Positions 29,303 through 39,367 of a stretch of DNA of 64,000 bases are shown here, one piece after another. A program made the position numbers and the translations under genes. Numbering within the stretch: position 1 is the first letter of the stretch; the number at the start of each line of letters is the position of its first letter. The stretch covers positions 448,001 through 512,000 of the forward strand of contig CAVVLO010000002.1 in assembly GCA_963749155.1 (NCBI GenBank). The letters run 5' to 3'. Under the pieces are notes generated by a model, which saw only the letters and a list, made by a program, of their open reading frames with translations, made no database searches and had not been told where the DNA came from. The stretch comes from an uncultured Armatimonadia bacterium. Its GTDB lineage: Bacteria > Armatimonadota > Zipacnadia > CAVVLO01.

Positions 29303-32300
29303 TTACTCCTCCCAAGCCTCGGCCGCCTTGAGGAAGGCCTCGGACAGCTTGTTCTCGACAGGCCAGGTGGCCCGCCAGGGATGCTGGTAAAGGCCCATCT
29401 CCTCGAAGGGTATTGGGGTGAGCCCCAGCCGGAAGTAAGCCTTCGCGTCCGGCTTCAGCGTCAGGTCACCGCCAGCCAGGTCCACGAAGCCCGGATCTTC
29501 TCCCGTCATATAGTTGTCGGCCAGCACGTTCACGCCGCGGTCGCGCTCGGTCAGCCGCCCGCAGTTCACGACCAGGTTGCGCCAGATGTTATTGCTGTCG
29601 GGATTCTCTTCAAGGTCGGCCAAAGCTGGGTACCTGGTGCTGTATGGCGGCCTGGTGATATCTACCTCTTCGTGAGTCTTGATGCGGATTTCCTCGCTCC
29701 TCATCCGGTCGGTCCAGGTGCCTTCCCCCCAGGGCGAGAAACTGACAGCATACTGACAGTCCAGGAAGAGGTTGTTATCCACAACATTCTCCTTGCCACC
29801 GTGGATCTGCACGGCCCCAAAGGCCCCCTGCGCGCAGTTCTTGAACACATTGCCGTATATCTCGACGCCGCAAATAGCATCGTCCAGTCGGATGCCTGCC
29901 TGCCCTGTGCCCAGCGCGCTGCCGATATCATGCCAATAGTTATAATTGATCTTCACGCCGCGATAGGTTGGGTTCCACCACATATCTAGCCCAGCCTGAT
30001 CGTCAGCCTCGTAGACCATACTGTGGATCTCGTTGAAGACTATCTCGTGATCATTGCCTTCGATGCGCATCGCATGATGCGGCGAATCGTAGAACAGGTT
30101 ATGGGCTATCCGATTGCCGCAGCCATCCATCCAGACAGCAGGTTTATAGGTGCGGTAGATACGCGAGAAGTCGCGCACGATGCAATCCTCGATGAAGTTG
30201 CGACCGGGCTCCAGAGTCTTCCTGTCGCCCCCTGTTATGCGCGTGCCGCCCTTGCCCAGCGTGGCCATATCGCAGCCGAAGAGTCCTGTGTTGTGGCCTT
30301 CGGTAATTACCACGCCGTCCTCACCAAGGCGTTGTATGGTACAACCAGCCACCAGACAGCTCTCACAATTGGTCAGCTCCAGCCCATTGGTCCGCCCGCC
30401 CTCGAAGGTCAGTCCCTGCAGCACGAGATGGGCTACGTCGGCCGCCTGTATGAAAGGCTGAGCAAGCGCCGCCAGTTCAACGGTAGCGCCTTTCAGAGAG
30501 TCCGGCGGCCAGAAATACAGCAGGCCGCTGTCCCGGTCCAGATACCATTCACCCGGCTCATCAAGTTCGGCCAGGGCGTTCACCACGCGGTAACGCTGAT
30601 TGCTGCGAAAGCCGTACCCGTGATAAGGGGGCGTTGTTGTCAGCACACGATTTTCCAAATCCACTGAGGCGACGCGCTCGTAGCCGTCCGCCCAGTCCCA
30701 GAACCAGTAGCCATACAGCCACAGGTCTCTCTCGTCCTTCCAGCGGTCTGCCCTGTCGTAGTCGAAGGTGAAGCGCCCATCATAGTTGCCTGGGACTACA
30801 CCCCAAACCGCGAAAGGCTGCTCGCCCTTCAGTTCGCCAGTCCGAAGCCAGCCCTCATTTGGCCAGCGCGCCAGGGTCATAGGCTTGCCGTTGAAGTACA
30901 GCTCGGGCCTGGAGCCGCTAGAAAGCACCTCGGGTTTCGTGCTCCATATAAAAGCCTGCCCCAGGTCGCTAACTCCCTGGGCGACGACATCCGTCTGCAT
31001 CACATGGGCGCGCGCCACCTCAGGCAATCGTGCCAGGATGGCTTCGTCAGTGACCGGGGAGAAGCCCGTTAGCCGCTTCGTGCCGCTGAATACCACTCTG
31101 CCAGTTTTGGCCGCTCGGTAGACGATAGGGGCCTCTGGCGCGCCCGGAGTCCTCACCGGTCAGTTCCAGCGACTCGCCAACCTCATATCGTCCCTCAGCG
31201 ATCAGGACCTCGATACCGCCAGCGGGCAGGCCAGAGGAAGCCTTCAGCGCCCTGATGGCATCGCGCGCCTGAGTCAGCGTTGCAAAAGGCTTGCCCTTGC
31301 TGCCATCGCCCTTTGCGCTGCCCTTAGGATTGACGTGCAACGTAAGACTCGGCTGGGGAAGCTCTGGCAGCGTCATCCGGTACCAGTTGAGATCGCGGGC
31401 AGGCATACCAAGGCCAAGCCTGGCGACTTCCTTCAGCTTCTCGCGGGCCTCTTCCTGATGCGCCTGAGGCGCGTCGGCCATCAGTAATACGCCCTTATAA
31501 GCCTCTCGCGCCTGTGGCCAGTCTTGCTCTGCCAGCCAGGTGCCGGCGAGACGTAACTGGGCGAGGCTCCGGTAGAGGGACGGCGTATCGGGCGCCGCGA
31601 TTAGTGCTTCCAGACCAGTCCTGGCTGCTTCATAATTGCCAGCCTCGCGGAAGGTATCGACAATTAGCAGCTTCAGTTCGAGCCCCTGCTGCGCCGTCGT
31701 CGCCTCGTCGGCAAGCAACTCCTCATAGAGAGTCTGCGCGGCCCCAAATTGCTTCGCATCGCGACTAGAAAGCGCAACTTCAAGCTTCAGAGAGCGTCTT
31801 TCTGCGGGATTCAAGCCTTCCATCTCCATTAGCTCCTCCAGTATCGCAGGGGGCAGCAGGTTGCCCTGACCGCTTTCTACAGCCTGCAAAGCAAGCGCGA
31901 GGCAACCACTGTGAGAGTCACTAGAGAGCGATTCATCAGCCAGCAGGTCGTTCAGCCTCATAAAGGCCTCCTGCGCTTTTCCAGCGCGCAGCCAAACCCA
32001 GGCCGCCTGAAGCCGCAAGGCCTGGGCAAGCTCCGCGGAGGCAAGGTCAGCCGCGACCTGCTCCAGCGCTTTGGCGCTGTCAGCTCCTCTGCCCTGCCGC
32101 AGCATATGCGCTGCCTCATCCATTCGAGCTGCCTGTTGAGCCGTCGGGGGAGTTACGAACCAGGCATGAGCCTGGATCTCAGCCTTGCTGAGCGCCCTCG
32201 AATAGAGAGCCGCTTCGCTCACCTGCAGCTTTACCGAGCCAATTCCATAATCGGCAAAGCCAAGTCGGAAGGTCGCCTCTGCAGCAGGTTCATAATACGG

Positions 32301-32921
32301 CCCATCATAAGCGCCTTCGGCAACAAGCAAGCCATCCACATACAGGGCCATCTGCTGCCCATCCCAGGTCGCCACGATGTGATGCCAGACATAGTCACCA
32401 ATAACACCACTGCGTACTTGCACCGAGCCAACTGGCTGAGGTCTGCCGATCTCGAAACCAAGCGTCCGATTTGGGTAGTCATAACTGATACGGAATCCAT
32501 CCCAGTAACCTACACCCAGTGAGATAAGCGTACCCGTTGTGGAACCGCTGTTGCCGCGATGGACTCCATATCCTGTGATACGAAACCAGCCCTCGACAGT
32601 GAGCGCGCGTTCTGGCAGGCTGAAGCGCTCTGACTGTAGCCACCCCTCATCCAGATACGGAGTAGCTTGCTCTGGCCAGCGTCCAGGCGCCAACTGCAAT
32701 TCACCGGAAGGCGCATAAGCCAGCGTCCCGCCAGGTCCGGCCAGGTTGGCCAGATTGAGGCTCCCCCCTGGGGCTTCTCCCAGAGGATAATAACGAAGCA
32801 ACCCAGGTTCCCTGGCCAGAGCGGCCTGATGGTCCAGCCACGCCTGATAAGGGGCAGCGCTTGAGACCAAGGCCAAAGTCAGCAACACCAAAGTTATTCC
32901 AGCAAGCAGGCAGTTTCGCAT
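29303..32921 (-). CDS. LamG + TPR-like + right-handed beta-helix (GH141-like) multidomain protein (+1 frameshift near 31148)
   Basis: LamG WHHIVATWDG..LYVDG, helical repeats, G.GSK.KPFATL.QARDAIR, LARWPN, ELDEPGEWYLD and beta-helix coils. Confidence 0.75.
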
Positions 32922-32935
32922 AGGTCTCTCCCGTA

Positions 32936-35680
32936 TCAATCGAGCAGATTACGCTGGCCGAAGGCAAAGTCCTGAAACTCCACAACAACAGGCTCAGCAG
33001 GTTTCTCCCAGGAACCCAGGATAAAGTTCGTGATACGCGTCCGGCCGGGGCCGACCTGCTCCTCTACCAGGCGCTTCAGATCCCAGGTCACTCGGTGCCA
33101 CTGGCCATCTGTTATCGAGCCGCGCACCCCGTCAAGATTCCCATACAGGCTCTGTTGCCCCTGCAGGTTGAGCGCGTACCAGATGCCATCGCCGAACTCG
33201 AACATAAAAGCAAAGGGCTCCTTGCTGGTTGTCCGCATCCGGAAATCAAGGAAGGGCGACTGCTCCAGGTCCAGGCCACCAAGGGTCAGGTGTACCGAAT
33301 TGAACTGCACTCCTTCGCCGCCAATCGTGAGGCGCAAGGTCGGCTTGCCGTCCACCACCGTGCAGGTCTGCTCGATGCGACCATCGCGGAAGGGCCAGGG
33401 TGACTCACCGCCAAAGTCGAAGGCAAGCGTCGGACGCAGCCTGAAGGCCGTCCAGTCCACCACCGCATAAGGCACCCGATCGGTGTCGAGGTTGTTTGCG
33501 AACCGGCGGACGCTCTGGAAATACTGCTCATTCAGTTGGGCCAGCGCGCCCAGGTCGCCGGTGTTGCGGACGTCCTCGGCATAAGTCTCGACGGCCTGCC
33601 TGGCCAGAGCGAGCGCTTCTTTGGCATACGGCCAGGCTGCCACTCGAGCAGCGTCCAGTCCCTCAGCGCGCCCCGCTGCATCGTAGGCCAGCAGGGCCTC
33701 ATTCACTTTGATCATAGAGCGCAGATAGCCCTGCCGGAACTCCAGCCTGTTCAGGAACAGCCGCGCCCAGCTTTGCCCTTGGGCATCCAGCCCGGACAGC
33801 GCGCTCTCGAAACGCCGTTCGGCCGCCTCATCCTTACCGAGCAGCTTCTCGAGTCCCGCGATGCCGCATACCTCGCCAGGCGCCATGCCAACCACGCGCT
33901 GCCACTCGGCAGAATCCAGCCCTTCAGGGGTGCCGGGCAAGGTGGGGATCACGAGCGACATCCAGCCTGCCCCTAGCAGCATATGGCGCGCATCACCTGG
34001 GGTTGCACCAGGTGTGGTCGGTTCGAAGGCGTCATAATCAAGATAGGTAGCAGCGAGTCTCGCCGCCTCGGAGCCGTACAGTCGCTCGCAATATTCTTTG
34101 TAGAAAGCCTTTGCGGTCAGCTCGCTATCCCAGGCGAAGTCAGCCATATAGCGCACGTTATGCTCAACGCCCGAGAGCTTCCAGCCAAGCAGCGTAAGGG
34201 CTTCAACGCCAAACTCGGCCGCCTGCTTGTACATCTGCTCTTGCCAGGTGATGCGGAACTGCGGGAACCACTGGTTGCCGTCAAACTCCCACCATTCGAT
34301 CAGCCAGGAGGGCCTGCCTGTTTCGGCTACCTGGTAATCCTTCACCTGCGAAGCCAGCGCGCTCGGCGGATCGTAAGTATTGAGCGAGGCAAAGGTTATC
34401 TCGGGTGGCATATCGGCGTTGATGCCGGGGAAGAGATGCTGCACGCTCCAGCCGCCGGTCGCCATGCGGGCCCTTTCGGCCGGCGAGAGACGCTCTACGA
34501 CCTCTCGGAAGAGATACGCATAGTCGATGTCGCCCTTCAGATTGGGATCGCCCGACCAGTAATCATACTTCGCGCGCAGCTCAGCGGCGCCAGGCTCGCG
34601 CCCAACGTTCCGGCCGAGGTAGCCGCGCGCCTCCGACTGCCACAGCCAGTAGTAATCCGAATTGGGATAGGTATCAAAGAGCGAGCGCACTCGGTCCAGC
34701 GACAGTTCTACATTGTGCTCATCCAGCGGGTTGATGGAGTTATAGCCACCCATCCCCTCCTGGGGCTTATCCGTATTGGTGAAGCCTGGCGCGGTGCTGT
34801 ACATCAGTTCGAAGCCGACGCAGGTCTTCCACCCATGTTCGTGGGCGATGTCGAGCGCGCGCCTGACCATCGCCTGCACTGCTATCGCTTGAGCGCGCGG
34901 GTTGCCCTTGTTTTCGACATAGGGTCTGGGACCGAACTCCTCCACCCCGCCGAAGGCCGCCTCGCCGACTGCGCCCTGCGTCTTGAAGGTATCCACCGGC
35001 ATCCCGATACAGGCGGGGTTCACGGTCTGCCCCTGTACTGTCTCCGTGAAGAAGGCGATGCCGGGGTAGAAGTGCAGTTGCAGCAGGTTCAGCTTCAGTC
35101 TGGTGGCGCGCTCGATCAACAGCCGCCAGTCCTGGATGCTATAACCGGACATCCCGCACAGGAAATTATCCCAGGGCAGCAGGCCTCGGTACTTGAAGAC
35201 GGGGCTGTGGCGCTCGTCCAGTTGCTTCAGGCGGAAGGCAGCGTGCTCCGGCAGTCGCTCTCCACTGAGCTGGAAGTAGCAGCCATACTCCTCCAGTAGC
35301 GCATAAAGCCCGTAAAGCACCCCGACATCGGTTTGGCCGGCGATATAGAGGCTCTTCCCAATCGTCTTGAGCGTGTAGCCCTGGTCCGCATTCGTCCCTT
35401 CAGGTAAAACCAGCCTGCCAGCTTCGATCTGCTCGGAGATTTGGGGATTGCTCTCGGGAGTGCCCAGCACGACCTCGGCACTGGCAAGTTGTTCAGCGAT
35501 TTCCAGTGGATTGGAGAACAGCCGCCCGAAGTAGTCAGTCAGTTCGCGGGCCATAAGCTGCTGAACCGGGGTGTCGGTTGCGCCAGTAGCGACACGTAGC
35601 GGAGCAGGCCCGCCGGCAGAGGCCAAAAACATCACCCCGAAGAGTAAGGTCAGTACAAGCAACGCAAGCAGGTTTGGCAT
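32936..35680 (-). CDS. Secreted GH20/GH67-type zincin-fold domain + TIM barrel + C-terminal CBM-like domain
   Basis: Signal peptide MPNLLALL. Motifs QGYTLK, G.LYG.Y.LLE, P.FKYRG and LKLN.LQLH. Confidence 0.65.
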   Translation of the reverse strand: MPNLLALLVLTLLFGVMFLASAGGPAPLRVATGATDTPVQQLMARELTDYFGRLFSNPLEIAEQLASAEVVLGTPESNPQISEQIEAGRLVLPEGTNADQGYTLKTIGKSLYIAGQTDVGVLYGLYALLEEYGCYFQLSGERLPEHAAFRLKQLDERHSPVFKYRGLLPWDNFLCGMSGYSIQDWRLLIERATRLKLNLLQLHFYPGIAFFTETVQGQTVNPACIGMPVDTFKTQGAVGEAAFGGVEEFGPRPYVENKGNPRAQAIAVQAMVRRALDIAHEHGWKTCVGFELMYSTAPGFTNTDKPQEGMGGYNSINPLDEHNVELSLDRVRSLFDTYPNSDYYWLWQSEARGYLGRNVGREPGAAELRAKYDYWSGDPNLKGDIDYAYLFREVVERLSPAERARMATGGWSVQHLFPGINADMPPEITFASLNTYDPPSALASQVKDYQVAETGRPSWLIEWWEFDGNQWFPQFRITWQEQMYKQAAEFGVEALTLLGWKLSGVEHNVRYMADFAWDSELTAKAFYKEYCERLYGSEAARLAATYLDYDAFEPTTPGATPGDARHMLLGAGWMSLVIPTLPGTPEGLDSAEWQRVVGMAPGEVCGIAGLEKLLGKDEAAERRFESALSGLDAQGQSWARLFLNRLEFRQGYLRSMIKVNEALLAYDAAGRAEGLDAARVAAWPYAKEALALARQAVETYAEDVRNTGDLGALAQLNEQYFQSVRRFANNLDTDRVPYAVVDWTAFRLRPTLAFDFGGESPWPFRDGRIEQTCTVVDGKPTLRLTIGGEGVQFNSVHLTLGGLDLEQSPFLDFRMRTTSKEPFAFMFEFGDGIWYALNLQGQQSLYGNLDGVRGSITDGQWHRVTWDLKRLVEEQVGPGRTRITNFILGSWEKPAEPVVVEFQDFAFGQRNLLD

Positions 35681-35730
35681 AACACAACGCTCCTCTTCAA
35701 CACACCAGGGGATTGGCGAAGGGCTCGGGT

Positions 35731-36840
35731 CTATTGCTCGGGCAAGCCGCAAATCGAGTCCACCAGCTCGGTGACGGCCTCGATCTTCTCTATCTGGCCG
35801 TTGTAGGAGATCTCGTCCGACACGCCCAGGATGAGCCTCGGGGCGAACATATCAATAACCTTGCGCGTGAATTCGAGTAGCTCCTCGGTAGTATAGCTGG
35901 GCAGGAAGTGGATAGCAGGCAGCAGGTCCAGTACGACCAGCTTGTCACCGACGGCGGTCTTAATTTCCTCCAGCGTGATATTGCCCATCGGCACTGGAGT
36001 CAACGCCTCTACCGAGTCCAGCCCGCTGTCCATCAGGAAGGGCAGGATGGTATGCGAATGGCCGTCCCAGTGGCTGTGGACGAAGCGCCCCTTCGCGTGC
36101 AACCGCTCGCTCAGGCGCTGCCAGCGGGGCATCATATACTTCTTGCAGATGGGCGGGGGGGTAAACTCGTCGGTCGCATGATCGCCCAGGTTGTAGATGC
36201 GACAAGGCAACTCGAGTGCCGCGTCAATTACACGGTCATCTCGTCTGTCACACGCCTCGAGGAAAGCCTCTACCGCTGCCGGATAATCAGTAAGCAGGTA
36301 GAAAGTATCCAGCAGCCCAGCCCAGTTCTTGACCAGTTCCGTGAAACCTGAACTGGTCGTGAAGATGGTCGGCTCGCCCCGGTCGCCCAGACGCTCCGCG
36401 GCGGCCTTGAAGGCCTCCACGTTGGATTTGCACTGCATCCGGTCGACGAGATAGGTAGCGACCTTGAGGTCAGCCGGTGTTTTACAGGGAAAATCCTCGA
36501 TACGGCTGTTGGTGACCCTGTCACCTTCCCAGATCTGATGGTGGACGGTAGTGATATCACCGACCGGCGTCTTGGTGGTCTCGATGACCTTATTACCGCG
36601 CCGCTCCGAGACGACCTCGACCCCGTCGGGTTCTGCCCAGAAATCCAGTCCGGAGTGAGCCCCATACCGGCAAGAACAGCGCAACTCGTCGTAGATATCG
36701 AAGTGGCTCATCCCGGCAAAGCGCTCGGGCATATTGTTGTTGATGACATGCTTGTGGATCCATTCCTCGAGCCTGGGTTGCCATAGTACTTTGTCTGTAG
36801 TGCGCTCGAAAATCGCCAGATTGAGTTCTTTGCGTGTCAC
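35731..36840 (-). CDS. Uroporphyrinogen decarboxylase / MtaA-CmuA superfamily protein
   Basis: TPVG, FPCKT..DL, HSHWDG, VEALTPVPMG and LILGVSD. Confidence 0.75.
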   Translation of the reverse strand: MTRKELNLAIFERTTDKVLWQPRLEEWIHKHVINNNMPERFAGMSHFDIYDELRCSCRYGAHSGLDFWAEPDGVEVVSERRGNKVIETTKTPVGDITTVHHQIWEGDRVTNSRIEDFPCKTPADLKVATYLVDRMQCKSNVEAFKAAAERLGDRGEPTIFTTSSGFTELVKNWAGLLDTFYLLTDYPAAVEAFLEACDRRDDRVIDAALELPCRIYNLGDHATDEFTPPPICKKYMMPRWQRLSERLHAKGRFVHSHWDGHSHTILPFLMDSGLDSVEALTPVPMGNITLEEIKTAVGDKLVVLDLLPAIHFLPSYTTEELLEFTRKVIDMFAPRLILGVSDEISYNGQIEKIEAVTELVDSICGLPEQ

Positions 36841-36854
36841 TTGGTCCTCCAGCC

Positions 36855-39342
36855 TTAGAGAGGCGTTGTGTAGGTATCTACCAGGTTGGCAACTCTTAGC
36901 TGACGTTTCAGGTCAGCCAGAGTCAGGGGTTCTTTTGGTGTAATCAGCACTTCGAAGGGCGCCCCAGGCCTCAGATGGAAGAAGTTGGCGCTGTAACGCA
37001 CCTCGGCATCAGTCGTCGTGAGCCAGACCCAAAGGGCGGGCCGGTCGCTTTCCAGCCGCGCCATAAATCCCCCTGAGGGATCCTCTCGCAGATCGAGACT
37101 GATGTTAGGCTGCGGCAGGTCGAGATGCTTGGGCCGCGCGAAAAGCGCCAGATTCGACGAGACGCGCTTGCCCTCTACCCGCAATTCGACCCAGAACAGG
37201 GCGTTGCGATGACCGACCATCGAAAGCTGCCGGCCCAGCTCGAGTTTCGCAACTTGGGAATTGGTGCCCGGAGGCGCTGTTACCTGTCTTTCGCCTGATT
37301 CCAGCACGGCGCCTCGCAGGTCGGTAAGCAACCAGCGCACCGAGCCAGTCTTCTCTTCGCGCAGGTCATTTGTAACATGCAACTCGACCGAGCCAGTGTC
37401 CCAGTCCTCGACCGCCGAAACCAGCAGAGGCGAGTAGAAGTCTTGCGCCATATGGTTGAGCGCCTTCCACCTGCCGAAGTAATCAATCGAGGACCAACTC
37501 GCCACCGGCCAGCAGTCGTTGAGCTGCCAGTAGAGGGTGCCCATCCCGCGAGGCATCGCGCGTCGCCAGTGCTCGACTGCATACTTCATCGCCATACCTT
37601 GCAGTATCTGGGACAGCCATAGGGTGGCCTCGAAGCTTGTCGGCAGGCGGAACCAGTCCAGCATGTACTGCATTATCACCGTGTTGCCGATGCCGCTGCG
37701 CTGGTGATGCTCCATCACCCAGGTCGTGACGTTGCGGTCTTGCGGTTCGGTGTAAGTGTATACCGTGCGCGGTTCGGGGAACGACTGAAATCCAAACTCG
37801 CTGTTGAAGCGATGCTCGCAACTGCGATACCACTCGAAGGGCTTGCGGCCGTGCCAGACGTCCCAAAGGTGCGCATCTCCATTTGTCGGATCGTTGAAGT
37901 CGCGCCTGTCGCGGGTGCTATGCGGACTGCAAGGCCAATAGTCGCGCTCGGGGTCGAGTTCGGCAATCGTCTGGGGAAGGAGCTGCTCGAACAGCTTGTC
38001 ATAGTCCTCCCAGCTCATCTGAGAGCCACTCCAGACATCTCCCACAAGCCCTTGCTCAAGCTCGTTGTTGCCGCACCAGAGGGCAATTGAGGGATGATGC
38101 CTCAAGCGTTTGATATTGTCGCGGAATTCCTCGCCAACGCTTGCCATAAAGCCTTCATCGAAAGTCGGGTAGGTCGAACACGCGAAGATGAAGTCGTGCC
38201 AGATACAAAGGCCAAGCTCATCGGCCAGCTCGTAGAAGTCGTCCTGCTCGTAGATGCCCCCGCCCCAAAGGCGCAGCATATTCATATTGGCCGCAGCGGC
38301 GCTTCCGAGCAGATCGGCATACCGCTGATGGCTCATCCGGTTGATGAAGGAGTCAGCGGGAATCCAGTTGGCGCCCTTGGCAAAGAAAGGCACCCCATTT
38401 ACCACGAACTGGAAGCTCTCGCCCCACTCATCAGGATGGCGGTCCAGCTTGAGAGTTCTGAGGCCGATGCGTTTGGTGATGGAATCCAGCTCCTGGCCTG
38501 TGTCCTTCTCGCTCAGGCTGACCTTAACCTGATACAGCGGCTGGTCGCCCAGGTTGTTGGGCCACCAAAGGCGCGGGGCCTCGATAACCAGCTTCGCTTT
38601 GCCCTGATTGCCCCGGAAGGAGACAGTGCCAGAGGCAACCGCCTGGCCTTCAAAGGTAACCGACACCTCAGCCTGATAAGTACCCGAGTTGACTTTCTCG
38701 ATACCGAGCGCAACTGTCAGTTGCACCTGCCCGGCTTTCGAATGATCCTGCTGGATATGCACCTCGTCGAAGCCGCGCGCCGCTCCAGCCAACCAGCCTG
38801 ATGGGTCGCCAGATACCCGCCGAGGGCAGCACTGGCCCCCAGTCCCAGCCAAAACTGCAAGGCTCCTTCCGCACCCAGGCCCGGCCATTTACTTCCTTGG
38901 GCCCGCCCCAGCTCGGGATAGGGTGCTCTGCCTGCTTCTGCTTTATTAGAGGCATAGGGGAATCAAATCGTATGACAAGCTCGTTGTCCCAGGCCTTAAG
39001 CGCGGCCTTCACATCGAACTGCCAGGTGCGGAACATATTATCGGCCTGGCCCAGCTCCTGCCCGTTGAGGAAGAGGGTCGCCAGCGTATCCAGCCCTTCG
39101 CAGGCGAGAAAGACTTTTTCTTCAGCCAGCAGCTCCTCGCTGACATTGAAGGTGCGGCGGTATTCCCAGCTCGCTTCTCCTACCCAGCGCTGGAAATCCT
39201 CATTGTCACGCCAAAAAGGATCGGGCAGTCTGCCCGCTGCCATCAGGTCCAGATGGACCGAGCCGGGCACATGGGCTTTGATAGCTTCTTCCTTGCCCGC
39301 CTGGCCTAGTTGCCAGGCCCCCCCAAGCTCAAGTAAGCGCAT
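36855..39342 (-). CDS. GH2 beta-mannosidase (+1 frameshift near 38785)
   Basis: VPGSVH.DL, GLDT.A, RKEPCSFGWDWGP, KGANWIP, NMLRLWGGG.YE, WCGNNE, SEFG.QS and YWQLND.WP. Confidence 0.9.
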
Positions 39343-39367
39343 ATTGCTTTTCCCTCCTTGAAACTAA

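Noticed and set aside
27939..29390. Long antisense ORFs (also 10298-11413, 26826-27857, 33983-35299, 25717-26658, 5910-6815)
   Set aside because: They shadow well-supported genes on the opposite strand, have no motifs, and are expected in GC-rich DNA.
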